NCBI GenBank assembly: GCA_031432545.1
Contig: JAVKGX010000001.1
Span: forward strand, 390,411 to 454,410
DNA length: 64,000 nt
Reading direction: 5' to 3'
Source of the DNA: Candidatus Caldifonticola tengchongensis
GTDB taxonomy: Bacteria; Sysuimicrobiota; Sysuimicrobiia; Sysuimicrobiales; Sysuimicrobiaceae
Within the stretch, counting starts at the first letter, position 1. Every line of letters starts with the position of its first letter. Positions 19,426-28,691 of this stretch are shown here, one piece after another. Both the position numbers and the translations under genes were made by a program. A model generated the notes under the pieces. The model searched no databases, was not told the origin of the DNA, and worked only from the letters and a program-made list of their open reading frames with translations.

Positions 19426-20028
19426 GTGAGCGGGTCCCTCACGGGCATCGTCCTGGCGGGCGGTCCCGGCCGGATCGGCGCCGTCCCCAAACTCCGGGCG
19501 GTGCTGGCGGGGCGACCGCTGGTCTGCCTGGTCGTCGAGCGGTTGCGCTCTGCCTGTGACGAGATCCTCGTCGTTGCCAAGGACCGCGCGCTCGCCGAGT
19601 TGGGCCTGCACGTCGTCGTCGACCCCGAACCGATGACCCACCCCCTGATCGGGCTGGCGGCCGGGCTCCGTGCCGCCACCGCCGAATGGTGCTTCGTCTG
19701 CGGTTGCGACATGCCGTTCGTGAACCCCGGGCTCGTGCGGTGGATGGCGTCGCAAGCGGAACTCGCGGACGTCGTCATCCCGGTCCTGTCGGACGGACCT
19801 CACGCGTTGCACGCGGTGTACGCGCGCGGTTGTCACCCCGTCCTCGAGGAGATGGCGGTGCGGGGAGAGACGCTGTGGCGGTTCCTGCGGGGACTGCGCG
19901 CGCGGATCGTCACGGAGGCGGAGTGCCGCTGGCTGGATCCGGATCTCCGCTCGTTCTTCGTCGTTGAGACGGAATCGGACCTGCACGAGGCGCAGCGGCT
20001 GCTGGAGAGCGAAGCGAAGGTGCGGTGA
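19426..20028 (+). CDS. mobA: molybdenum cofactor guanylyltransferase
   Basis: GIVLAGGPGRIG (modified GG motif) and CGCDMPF region. 200 aa. GTG start. Confidence 0.75.
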   Translation: MSGSLTGIVLAGGPGRIGAVPKLRAVLAGRPLVCLVVERLRSACDEILVVAKDRALAELGLHVVVDPEPMTHPLIGLAAGLRAATAEWCFVCGCDMPFVNPGLVRWMASQAELADVVIPVLSDGPHALHAVYARGCHPVLEEMAVRGETLWRFLRGLRARIVTEAECRWLDPDLRSFFVVETESDLHEAQRLLESEAKVR

Positions 20029-20035
20029 CCGCCGC

Positions 20036-20434
20036 CTACATCACCTGCCGGATCTGGTTGCCCCAGTACCCGGTCAGCACGACGAGCACGGGCCCCGCGA
20101 GCGCGGCGACGGCGATCCAGGTGCGTGCATCGGGCGCGCGCCAGCGCAGCACGAACGAGGCCAGGTACACGAAGGTGGTGGCGTAGGCGAGCGTACTGTG
20201 TACGACGTGGCGGCTGAGGAACGCCGTTCCTACGCCGTCGCGGGCGAGGCGCGCGAAGTCGTAAAATGCGGTTGCGATCGCGACGGGGGCGGCGAGCAGC
20301 CCCAGCCCGATCAGCCAGAGGGCGATCGTCCGGTACAGGTCGCGCGGTCTCAACCAGTTCAGGACGTCGAACAGGAAGCTCGTCATCCACAGCGCGATCG
20401 GAAAATCGGTCACCGGGGGGTGGAACAGGTACAC
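20036..20434 (-). CDS. DUF2231-family membrane protein
   Basis: 132 aa from GTG 20434. N-terminal HPPVTDFPIAL motif typical of DUF2231, then 3-4 TM helices. AAGGGG RBS 8 nt upstream. The remainder of the 322-aa track ORF is rejected. Confidence 0.6.
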   Translation of the reverse strand: MYLFHPPVTDFPIALWMTSFLFDVLNWLRPRDLYRTIALWLIGLGLLAAPVAIATAFYDFARLARDGVGTAFLSRHVVHSTLAYATTFVYLASFVLRWRAPDARTWIAVAALAGPVLVVLTGYWGNQIRQVM

Positions 20435-20559
20435 GGCATCACCCCTTTGCACCAGGGAAGGATGCGGTAAGGGTCTTTCCCGCGCACCGCGCGGCCTCCT
20501 GCCGACGGTGCGTAACGATTGTGTGACGGGGTGTGGTAGACTTCTGTGCAGGCGACGAC

Positions 20560-20848
20560 GAGGTCCAGCGGACGCAGCAGTCGGACCAGCGAGCCGGAAA
20601 GGGTGCAAAGCCGGCCCGGTGTGCGTCCGCAACCCCCCTCCGAGCCGAAACGCAGCCGCACGCGCGGCGAACGTTTCCGGGTGGCCCGCCGATAGCCGGG
20701 CGAGAGTGCGGTGGCCTTGGCGGTGGTGCCGGTTGCAGGGGCGGGGATGCTCGCCGATGCTCCCGGCCAGGATGTCGGATCTGCGGGCTACCGAATTCGG
20801 GTGGTACCACGGCAGCCCCGTCCCGCAGCGGACGGGGCGGTTTCGTTT
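20560..20848 (+). promoter_or_regulatory. T-box riboswitch leader (tRNA-sensing) with intrinsic terminator, upstream of proS
   Basis: Near-perfect T-box consensus GAATTCGGGTGGTACCACGG at ~20794-20812, immediately followed by a 9-bp GC stem (CCCCGTCC/GGACGGGG) plus TTTCGTTT run (20815-20848). Located 12 nt before the proS RBS/ATG. The stem I / specifier region upstream was not resolved by eye. Confidence 0.7.
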
Positions 20849-20859
20849 GGAGGCCGTCG

Positions 20860-22296
20860 ATGGAGACAAAGGAGATCGTCCGGGAGATCCCCAGCAAGTC
20901 CGCGAACTTCTCGGACTGGTACACCGCGGTCGTGTTGAAAGCCGAGCTGGCCGACTACGCGCCGATGCGGGGCATGACGGTCTTCCGGCCATACGGGTAC
21001 GCAATCTGGGAACTGATGCAGGCCGCGCTGGATCGCCGCTTCAAAGAGACGGGCCATGCCAACGCGTACTTCCCGCTGTTCATTCCGCGCAGCTTCCTGG
21101 AGCGGGAGGCCGAGCACGTGGCGGGGTTTGCGCCGGAGGTGGCCTGGGTGACCCACGGCGGCAAAGAACAGCTCAGCGAGTGGTTGGCGGTGCGGCCGAC
21201 GTCGGAGGCGATCATCGGCCACATGTACGCCAAGTGGATCCAGTCGTACCGCGATCTGCCGATCCTCATCAACCAGTGGAACAACGTCGTGCGCTGGGAG
21301 AAGTCCACGCGCTTTTTCTTGCGCACGATGGAGTTCCTGTGGCAGGAGGGGCACACCGCGCACCGCACCGCACAGGAAGCGGAGGAGGAAACCTGGCGGA
21401 TGCTGCGCGTCTACGAGGACTTCGTGACGACGGAGCTGGCCGTTCCTGTGCTCGCGGGCAGAAAGCCCGACAGCGAGAAATTCGCCGGCGCCATCTACAG
21501 CCTGACGATCGAGGCAATGATGCCCGACGGGCAGGCGCTGCAGTCGGGCACGAGCCACTTCTTCGGTACGAACTTCGCCCGGGCGTTCGGCATCCAGTTC
21601 CTGGACGCCGACAACACGCGCAAGTACGTCTCGACCACGTCGTGGGGGCTGTCGTGGCGCGCACTGGGTGCAACGATCATGACGCACGGCGACGACCGCG
21701 GCCTGTTCTTGCCCCCACGCATCGCCCCGATCCAGGTCGTGGTGGTGCCCATCCGGTTCGAGCAGGAGCCGTCGGTCCGCGACGCCGCGCGCTCCGTCGC
21801 GGCGGAACTCGCCGGGCGGATGCGGGTGAGACTGGACGAGCGGGAGGCCTACACGCCCGGGTGGAAGTTCAACGACTGGGAGATGCGCGGCGTACCGCTG
21901 CGCGTCGAGATCGGTCCCAAGGAGTTGCGGGCCCACCAGGCCATCTTGGTGGCCCGTGACGGGCAAGGCGGCAGGCGGCCGGTGCCGCTGGACGGCGTCG
22001 CGGACGCGGCGGCCGCGGAACTCGGGGCGATCCAGTCGCGCATGTACGAACGCGCGAAGGCGTTTTTGGACTCGCAGACGCTGCAGGCCTCGACGTTCGA
22101 CGAGGCGGTCGAGACGATCGGGCAGCGCCGCGGGTTCGTCCGCGTCCTGTGGTGCCGTGACGCGGCATGTGAGAACCGGCTGCGGGAGGCAACCGGCGCC
22201 TCGCCGCGGGTGATCACGGACGAGCCGGCCGACGGGGTGTGCGTCGCGTGTGGGCGTCCGGCGGTCTGCGCCGTCTACTTCGCACGCGCGTACTGA
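20860..22296 (+). CDS. proS: proline--tRNA ligase, archaeal/eukaryotic-type (class II, no INS domain)
   Basis: ATG 20860 after GGAGG. 478 aa with class II motifs and C-terminal zinc-binding-like region (CVACGRPAVCAVYFARAY) typical of archaeal-type ProRS. Confidence 0.9.
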   Translation: METKEIVREIPSKSANFSDWYTAVVLKAELADYAPMRGMTVFRPYGYAIWELMQAALDRRFKETGHANAYFPLFIPRSFLEREAEHVAGFAPEVAWVTHGGKEQLSEWLAVRPTSEAIIGHMYAKWIQSYRDLPILINQWNNVVRWEKSTRFFLRTMEFLWQEGHTAHRTAQEAEEETWRMLRVYEDFVTTELAVPVLAGRKPDSEKFAGAIYSLTIEAMMPDGQALQSGTSHFFGTNFARAFGIQFLDADNTRKYVSTTSWGLSWRALGATIMTHGDDRGLFLPPRIAPIQVVVVPIRFEQEPSVRDAARSVAAELAGRMRVRLDEREAYTPGWKFNDWEMRGVPLRVEIGPKELRAHQAILVARDGQGGRRPVPLDGVADAAAAELGAIQSRMYERAKAFLDSQTLQASTFDEAVETIGQRRGFVRVLWCRDAACENRLREATGASPRVITDEPADGVCVACGRPAVCAVYFARAY

Positions 22297-22370
22297 TCCC
22301 TTGGATGGCGGGTCTGTAGGCTCCGACGGGGGCACCGCCACGGTCCGCAGCGGAGTTCCGGAGGCGCGCA

Positions 22371-24620
22371 GTGGGAAGAACCTTCCAGGTGCGCGGTTGG
22401 GATCCCAGGCTGTGGGCCAGCCGCCGACCGCTGGGCATCGGCGAACAGCGCCCGAACAACTACCTGGAGATCGCCCACGCGGTGTGGGAGAACCTCGACC
22501 GCCTGGGCTACGCCTGGCGTGTGCTGGCCCACGGTGTGTGCGACGGCTGCGCTCTGGGTACGGCCGGTCTGCGCGACTGGACCGTGGAGGGCGTGCACCT
22601 GTGCAACGTCCGGCTGCGCCTGCTGCGCCTCAACACGATGCCGGCTCTGGACGCCCGACTGCTCGAAGATGTCGCAGCGCTGAAGTACAAGCGAGGCGAG
22701 GAGTTGCGCCGCCTCGGTCGTCTGCCCCACCCGATGATCCGACGGCGGGCAGAGCCGGGCTTCCGGCCCCTCTCATGGGACGAAGCACTCGACCTGGCGG
22801 CCGAGCGCATCCGCGCCGCGGGTCCCGAGCGGATCGGTTTTTACCTCACCAGCCGCGGCATGCCCAACGAGCACTACTACGCCGCCCAGAAGGCGGTGCG
22901 GGCGATGGGCAGCAACTCGATCGACAACGCCGCCCGCGTGTGCCATGCACCCAGCACCTTCGCGCTCAAGCAGGCCGTGGGCGTGGCCGCCACGACCTGC
23001 TCGTACACGGATTTGATCGGCACCGACCTGATCGTCTTCATCGGGTCCAACGTCGCCAACAACCAGCCGGTGATGATGAAGTACCTGTACTACGCGCGGC
23101 GTGCCGGGACCCGTGTGGCGGTGGTCAACCCCTACCGGGAGCCGGGTATGGAGCGCTACTGGGTGCCCTCGGTGCTGGAGAGCGCGCTGTTCGGCACGCG
23201 CATCGCGGACCGCTTCTTCCAGGTCCGTGTGGGCGGAGACGTCGCGTTCCTCAGCGGCGTGCTCAAGGCGATGGTCGAGGCCGGCTGGGTGGACGGAGAC
23301 TTCATCGCGTCGCACACCACGGGCTTTGCGGCGGTGGCCCAGGCCCTGCGGGCGCAGTCCTGGCAGGCACTGGAACGGGGCAGCGGGTTGGGGCGTGCCG
23401 AGATGGTCGATCTGGCGCGGATGCTGGCCGAGGCCCGGACCGCGGTGTTCGTGTGGTCGATGGGCGTGACCCAGCACGAGTGCGGCGAGGACAACGTGCG
23501 CGCGATCGTCAACCTCGCACTCAGCAAGGGTTTCGTGGGGCGCGACAAGTGCGGGTTGATGCCGATCCGGGGGCACTCGGGGGTGCAGGGCGGGGCCGAG
23601 ATGGGAGCGTACGCGACGGCGCTGCCTGGGGGGCTGCCGATCGACGCGCACAACGCCAAGCGCTTCGCCGAGCTGTGGGGCTTCCCGGTACCCGACCGGC
23701 CGGGTTTGACCGCGCCGCAGATGGTGGATGCCGCGCACGAGGGTCGACTCGAGGTGCTGTTTAGCGCCGGCGGCAACTTCCTGGAGGTCCTCCCCGATCC
23801 GGCGTACGTCCGCGAGGCGCTCGAGCGCATCCCGTTGCGTGTGCACATGGACATCGTGTTGTCGCGCTCCATGTTGGTGGACGCGGCCGATGCCGTGGTG
23901 CTGCTGCCCGCGACGACGCGCTACGAGGTGCCCGGCGGCGTCACCCAGACCAGCACCGAGCGGCGGGTGATCCTGAGCCCGGAGGTGGCGGGCCCCCGGA
24001 TCCCGCAGGCACGGCCCGAGTGGGAGGTGTTCATGGACCTCGCCCGCCGTGTGCGACCGGACCTGGCCGGCCGGCTGCACTTTTCGGGCACGCCCGCCAT
24101 CCGCGAGGAGATCGCGCGCGCGGTGCCGTTCTACGACGGCATCCAGCACCTCCAGCGCGGGGGCGACCAGTTCCAGTACGGCGGTGCACACCTGTGCTGG
24201 GGCTGGAAGTTTCCCACCCCAGACGGTCGGGCGCGCTTTGCGGTGGTGCCGCTGCCCCGGACCGATGTCCCCGATGGATCGTTCATCGTGGCGACGCGGC
24301 GGGGCAAGCAGTTCAACAGCATGGTTCACGAGCGGCGCGACGCGCTGACGGGCGCCGTGCGCGAAGCGGTCCTGATGAGCGCACAGGATGCGGCGAGGCT
24401 GGGGCTGCGCGATGGCGATCCCGTTATCCTGCGCAACGCGTTTGGCCAGTTTCGGGGCCGCATCCTGGTGGCCCCGGTGAAGCCGGGCACGCTGCAGGTA
24501 CACTGGCCGGAGGGCAACGTGCTGATGGACCGGGGCCGCCGTTCGCCGCAGGCAGGAATTCCAGACTACAACGCCGTCGTGCAGGTCGAGCGGCCCGCAG
24601 GGTCGACCGCGGGGACCTGA
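22371..24620 (+). CDS. FdhF/YdeP-family molybdopterin oxidoreductase (formate-dehydrogenase-H-like catalytic subunit)
   Basis: 749 aa. N-terminal WDP..W...P.G...PNNY motif characteristic of the YdeP family. Molybdopterin-binding segments throughout. GTG start with GGAGG 7 nt upstream. Confidence 0.8.
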   Translation: MGRTFQVRGWDPRLWASRRPLGIGEQRPNNYLEIAHAVWENLDRLGYAWRVLAHGVCDGCALGTAGLRDWTVEGVHLCNVRLRLLRLNTMPALDARLLEDVAALKYKRGEELRRLGRLPHPMIRRRAEPGFRPLSWDEALDLAAERIRAAGPERIGFYLTSRGMPNEHYYAAQKAVRAMGSNSIDNAARVCHAPSTFALKQAVGVAATTCSYTDLIGTDLIVFIGSNVANNQPVMMKYLYYARRAGTRVAVVNPYREPGMERYWVPSVLESALFGTRIADRFFQVRVGGDVAFLSGVLKAMVEAGWVDGDFIASHTTGFAAVAQALRAQSWQALERGSGLGRAEMVDLARMLAEARTAVFVWSMGVTQHECGEDNVRAIVNLALSKGFVGRDKCGLMPIRGHSGVQGGAEMGAYATALPGGLPIDAHNAKRFAELWGFPVPDRPGLTAPQMVDAAHEGRLEVLFSAGGNFLEVLPDPAYVREALERIPLRVHMDIVLSRSMLVDAADAVVLLPATTRYEVPGGVTQTSTERRVILSPEVAGPRIPQARPEWEVFMDLARRVRPDLAGRLHFSGTPAIREEIARAVPFYDGIQHLQRGGDQFQYGGAHLCWGWKFPTPDGRARFAVVPLPRTDVPDGSFIVATRRGKQFNSMVHERRDALTGAVREAVLMSAQDAARLGLRDGDPVILRNAFGQFRGRILVAPVKPGTLQVHWPEGNVLMDRGRRSPQAGIPDYNAVVQVERPAGSTAGT

Positions 24621-24621
24621 G

Positions 24622-25476
24622 ATGCGTCACAGACCTGGGAGCAAGACGCGCACACGCCTATGGGTGGTCGCGGGCCAACGGGCCGGATCGCGCGCCGACT
24701 GGGTCGCCACCGAAGAACCGATGGAGATCCGGCTGGTGGCGGGCGGCCAGCAGCGCACGGTCGCGGTGACGATGCGTACGCCGGGCGGCGACTTCGAGCT
24801 GGCGGCCGGCTTTTTGTTCGGGGAGGGGATCGTGCGGTCCCGCGAGGACGTCCTCCGGATCTCGTACTGCCTGGGTCCGCCCGCCGAGCAGCACTACAAC
24901 GTCGTCAACGTGGAACTGCGCTCCGATCGTCTGCCCGATCTGGCACCGCTGGAGCGGCACTTCTACACGACCAGCGCGTGCGGGGTGTGCGGCAGGGCGA
25001 GCCTCGAGGCGATCCGCTCGCGCGGGGGCGCCCCGCTGCCGGACGGTCCGCGGGTCCCCGTCCAGGTGGTCGCCGCGCTCCCGGGCACGCTGCGTTCGGC
25101 GCAGGGGTTGTTCGGGCTGACCGGAGGGTTGCACGCGGCGGCGCTGTTCGACCCCTCCGGCAAGTTGGTCGCGGTGTACGAGGACGTAGGCCGGCACAAC
25201 GCCATGGACAAACTGGTGGGATGGGCCTTCCTGGAGAATCGGCTCCCGTTGCGGGACCACCTCGTGATGGTGAGTGGCCGTGCCAGCTTCGAGCTGGTGC
25301 ACAAGGCGGTCGCCGCCGGAATCCCCGTCTTCTGCGCGGTGTCGGCTCCCAGCAGCCTCGCCGTCGCGACCGCGCGGGAATTCGGCCTGACCCTCGTCGG
25401 TTTCCTGCGCGGTGAGCGCTTCAACGTCTACGCCGGGTCGCACAGGATCCAGCTGTCCATGCGGGTCGGGGGGTAG
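24622..25476 (+). CDS. fdhD: formate dehydrogenase accessory sulfurtransferase
   Basis: SACGVCG catalytic cysteine loop and GRHNAMDK motif. Start 2 nt after the oxidoreductase stop. Confidence 0.9.
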   Translation: MRHRPGSKTRTRLWVVAGQRAGSRADWVATEEPMEIRLVAGGQQRTVAVTMRTPGGDFELAAGFLFGEGIVRSREDVLRISYCLGPPAEQHYNVVNVELRSDRLPDLAPLERHFYTTSACGVCGRASLEAIRSRGGAPLPDGPRVPVQVVAALPGTLRSAQGLFGLTGGLHAAALFDPSGKLVAVYEDVGRHNAMDKLVGWAFLENRLPLRDHLVMVSGRASFELVHKAVAAGIPVFCAVSAPSSLAVATAREFGLTLVGFLRGERFNVYAGSHRIQLSMRVGG

Positions 25477-25479
25477 GTG

Positions 25480-26064
25480 TCAAAGCATCGCGAGCGCCCG
25501 CTCGTAGTTTGCGGGCGTGTTGACGTTCAAAAAGCTGCGCAGATCCGGGTCCCACGCGCGCAGTTCGTCCTCGCCGACGTAGTGGACGCGCAGGCGTCGC
25601 AGCAGCGCCCGCACCGATCGGACTCCGCGGCGCAGCAGCGCCTCGGCGACGGGCTCCACGCCGCGATGGTAGACGGCGCACAGCGGTTGTGCAACTCCGT
25701 CCACCCTGGGTACCGCGGCCTCGAATCCCCCAGCGCGTTCGACCAACCCGCGCAGCACGCTCGGCGTGATGAACGGAAGGTCGCAGGCGACGACCACCGC
25801 GTAGTCGGTGCGGGCCGCCGCAAGGCCGGCGTGCAGGCCGGCGAGCGGGCCCCCGACGGGCCAGCGGTCGGCGATCACCGGCACCCCGCAGTCGGGATAG
25901 GCGTCAGGCCGGGAAGCCACGACGAGCACCGGCGCGCACACCGCACGCAGGCGGCCGACGACGTGCGCCAGCAGGCTACGATCCCCAAGCGGTAGGGTGG
26001 CCTTGTCGCACCCCATGCGCCGGCTCTTCCCACCCGCGAGGACGACCCCGGTCGGTGAGCCCAC
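25480..26064 (-). CDS. mobA: molybdenum cofactor guanylyltransferase (second copy)
   Basis: GTG 26064. VVLAGGKSRRMGCDKATL canonical MobA N-terminus and ACDLPF motif. 194 aa. The upstream part of the 476-aa track ORF is rejected. Confidence 0.8.
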   Translation of the reverse strand: MGSPTGVVLAGGKSRRMGCDKATLPLGDRSLLAHVVGRLRAVCAPVLVVASRPDAYPDCGVPVIADRWPVGGPLAGLHAGLAAARTDYAVVVACDLPFITPSVLRGLVERAGGFEAAVPRVDGVAQPLCAVYHRGVEPVAEALLRRGVRSVRALLRRLRVHYVGEDELRAWDPDLRSFLNVNTPANYERALAML

Positions 26065-26175
26065 ATGTCGAGGATCGCACCGCCGGCAGGATCGCACAAC
26101 CGCGTACAATCGAGACGTGCGCAGGGAGCCCGACGCCGTCGGGCTGGCCGTCTCGCCGGAGGAGGGCGCTCGCCG

Positions 26176-27774
26176 ATGGAGCAGGTTCGCCGAGAGGAGG
26201 CGCGCGAGGGGACGCGGTTCCACAACGGCCGGATCTACACGCTGGATCGTTCCGGAACCGTCGCGCAGGCGGTGGCCGCGTGGGGCGGATGGATCGTCGG
26301 CGTCGGGTCGGACGCCCAGATCCGCGCAGCGTTTTCGCGCTTCCGGGCGGTCGATCTCGCAGGTGGGGTCGCGTTCCCCGGATTCACCGACAGCCACGTC
26401 CACTTTGCCGCCTTCGGTCTGTCGCTGCGCACCGTGAATCTGGAAGGGGCGGCCTCCTTGCGCGAGGCGGTGGCCCGGGTCGCACAGGCCGTCGCCGCCG
26501 CGAAACCCGGGACGTGGGTCTGGGGCCGGGGCTGGAATAAGAACGTGTGGCCCGAGGGCCGCTCCCCGCGCAAGGAAGACCTCGACCCAATCTCCCCCTC
26601 CAATCCCGTGGCGCTGACCAGCAAGGACGGGCACCTGGTGTGGTGCAACTCGCTGGCGCTGACCCGGGCCGGCGTGACGGCGGACACCGGGGATCCACCG
26701 GGCGGGCAGATCGAGCGCGCAGACGGACTGCCGACCGGCATCCTCAAGGAAGAAGCGAAGGTCTTCGTGTCGCGTGTCCTGCCCCCACCGGGCGACGAGG
26801 AGGTCGAATCCGCGATCCTCCAGGCCCTGCCGCTGGCCCATGCGGCGGGCATCACCGGCATCCATGACGTCGAGGACAGCCGGGTGTTCGGGGCCTTCCA
26901 GCGGTTGCACCGCGATGGTCGGCTGTCTTTGCGCGTGGTCATGGGCATCCCGGAGCAGGACGCAGACGCCGCGATCCGGCTCGGCGTTCGGTCCGGATTG
27001 GGTGACCAGACGTTGCGCGTGGGCTTCGTGAAGATCTTCTCCGACGGCACGCTCGGTTCACAGACGGCCAGCCTGCTGGAGCCGTACGAGGGGCAGCCCG
27101 ACAACGTCGGTATCGCGACCCGGACGCAAAACGAGCTGCAGGTGCTCGTGCGCCGGACCTCCGAGGCGGGGCTGGCGTGCGCGGTCCACGCGATCGGCGA
27201 CCGGGCCAACCGCTGGGTCCTCGATGCGTTCGAGGCCGCACAACCCGCTGCACGCCGGTTCGGGCTGCGGCAGCGGATCGAACACGCGCAGCTGCTGCAT
27301 CCTGACGACATCGGGCGGTTCGCGCGCATCGGCGTGGTGGCTTCGATGCAGCCGATCCACTGCACGAGCGATCGCGATACGGCCGATCGCTACTGGGGTC
27401 GGCGCGCACGGTATGCCTACGCCTTCCGGTCGCTCACAGACGCCGGCGCGGTGCTGGCCTTCGGGTCCGATGCCCCGGTGGAGACGCTCGATGTCCTGCG
27501 TGGATTGCACGCGGCCGTGTTCCGTCGCGACCCCCACGACGGTCGCGATCCCTGGTACCCGCAGGAGGCCCTCACGGTGGAGGAGGCGCTGCGCGCGTAC
27601 ACGAACGGAGCCGCCTACGCCTCGGGCGAGGAACACGTCAAGGGGAGCTTAGAAGAAGGAAAGGTCTGTGACCTCACTGTGCTCGACCACGACATCGTCC
27701 GCGACCCGTCCTCCCTGGCACACGCGCGCGTGCGCATGACCGTCGTCGGCGGGCAAGTCGTGTTCAGCCGATGA
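26176..27774 (+). CDS. amidohydrolase-family metal-dependent hydrolase (Amidohydro_3 / YtcJ-like)
   Basis: 532 aa. N-terminal FTDSHVHF metal-binding motif and C-terminal HAIGD / GSDAPV motifs. ATG 26176 with GGAGGAGGG upstream. Confidence 0.8.
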   Translation: MEQVRREEAREGTRFHNGRIYTLDRSGTVAQAVAAWGGWIVGVGSDAQIRAAFSRFRAVDLAGGVAFPGFTDSHVHFAAFGLSLRTVNLEGAASLREAVARVAQAVAAAKPGTWVWGRGWNKNVWPEGRSPRKEDLDPISPSNPVALTSKDGHLVWCNSLALTRAGVTADTGDPPGGQIERADGLPTGILKEEAKVFVSRVLPPPGDEEVESAILQALPLAHAAGITGIHDVEDSRVFGAFQRLHRDGRLSLRVVMGIPEQDADAAIRLGVRSGLGDQTLRVGFVKIFSDGTLGSQTASLLEPYEGQPDNVGIATRTQNELQVLVRRTSEAGLACAVHAIGDRANRWVLDAFEAAQPAARRFGLRQRIEHAQLLHPDDIGRFARIGVVASMQPIHCTSDRDTADRYWGRRARYAYAFRSLTDAGAVLAFGSDAPVETLDVLRGLHAAVFRRDPHDGRDPWYPQEALTVEEALRAYTNGAAYASGEEHVKGSLEEGKVCDLTVLDHDIVRDPSSLAHARVRMTVVGGQVVFSR

Positions 27775-27798
27775 GGAGGGATCCTGCGGGCGGGGCAC

Positions 27799-28308
27799 CT
27801 ACCGATCCCCGGAGCGCCGGCGCTCGTACGCCAGCAAGGCCCTTTTGCGCCGGGCGCCCCAGCGATATCCGCCGATCCTGCCGTCTTCGCGTACGACGCG
27901 GTGGCAGGGGATGACGACGGCCGCCGGGTTGGCGGCGCAGGCGCGCGCCACCGCTCGCACGGCACGCGGCCGGCCGATGGCGGTCGCAATCTGCTTGTAG
28001 GATCGGGTCTGCCCGAAGGGGATGGCGCGCACCGCATCCCACACCCGGGACTGGAACGCCGTCGCGGTGACATCGAGGGGCAGGTCCAAGTCCGCCCGGC
28101 GGCCCCCGACGTGGTCCAGCAACCGCTGTGCCCACGGACGCAGGCCCGCGTCGTCCCTGCGGATGTCCGCCGACGGGAACGCCCGGCGCAGGGCGCGCTG
28201 CAACCCGGCCGCCGACGTTCCCAAGGCCACGGCGCACACACCCCTTCCCGTCGCGGCCAGCAGGAGCCTGCCCAGCGGCGATCCCACAACCGTGTGCGAG
28301 ATCCGCAT
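27799..28308 (-). CDS. ogt: methylated-DNA--protein-cysteine methyltransferase
   Basis: Active site IPCHRVV, plus the typical N-terminal domain. ATG 28308 chosen. An Arg-rich 27-aa upstream extension to 28389 is possible but unsupported. Confidence 0.85.
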   Translation of the reverse strand: MRISHTVVGSPLGRLLLAATGRGVCAVALGTSAAGLQRALRRAFPSADIRRDDAGLRPWAQRLLDHVGGRRADLDLPLDVTATAFQSRVWDAVRAIPFGQTRSYKQIATAIGRPRAVRAVARACAANPAAVVIPCHRVVREDGRIGGYRWGARRKRALLAYERRRSGDR

Positions 28309-28394
28309 GGGCCGTCCCGACCGGTCGGCGATGATCCCCTCGTTGCCCGTCCTGCGTCGTGCGGCCCTGCTCACGCTCCGCCGCATCAAACCGC

Positions 28395-28691
28395 CTACTG
28401 CCAGTCTTCGTCCTCTTCGTCCAGGTAGTCTTCCTCGTCGGGGTCGACGTAGGCGTCCTCGCCGTCTTCGGGAAAGGGCTCGTCGTCAGCGTCGGGATCC
28501 CCCACCGCTGCGTCCTCCCCGTCCAGCGGTTCCTCCAGGACGTTCTCCACGCGCTCCTCGCTCTGGAACCCACACTCCATGCACTCGTAGAGCACGACGG
28601 CACCGGAGTCGTCGGACGCAAGCAGTTCCATGTCGGCGCCACACTCCGGGCAGGGTCGGCTCAGGGGGAGGGTCATGGGTCCGGACGTCAC
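28395..28691 (-). CDS. small zinc-ribbon protein with long poly-acidic C-terminal tail
   Basis: CPECG...CMECG ribbon, then about 45 residues dominated by D/E (EEPLDGEDAAVGDPDADDEPFPEDGEDAYVDPDEEDYLDEEDEDWQ). ATG overlaps the upstream zinc-ribbon gene's stop (ATGA). Confidence 0.55.
   Translation of the reverse strand: MTSGPMTLPLSRPCPECGADMELLASDDSGAVVLYECMECGFQSEERVENVLEEPLDGEDAAVGDPDADDEPFPEDGEDAYVDPDEEDYLDEEDEDWQ

Noticed and set aside
20788-22341. 517-aa minus-strand ORF
   Set aside because: Antisense to proS, which has unambiguous class II aaRS motifs.
22773-24503. 576-aa minus-strand ORF
   Set aside because: Antisense to the YdeP/FdhF-like oxidoreductase.
28309-28389. 27-codon Arg-rich N-terminal extension of ogt
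   Set aside because: Ogt homology starts at MRISHTVVGSPLG (28308). The extension has no counterpart in the family.
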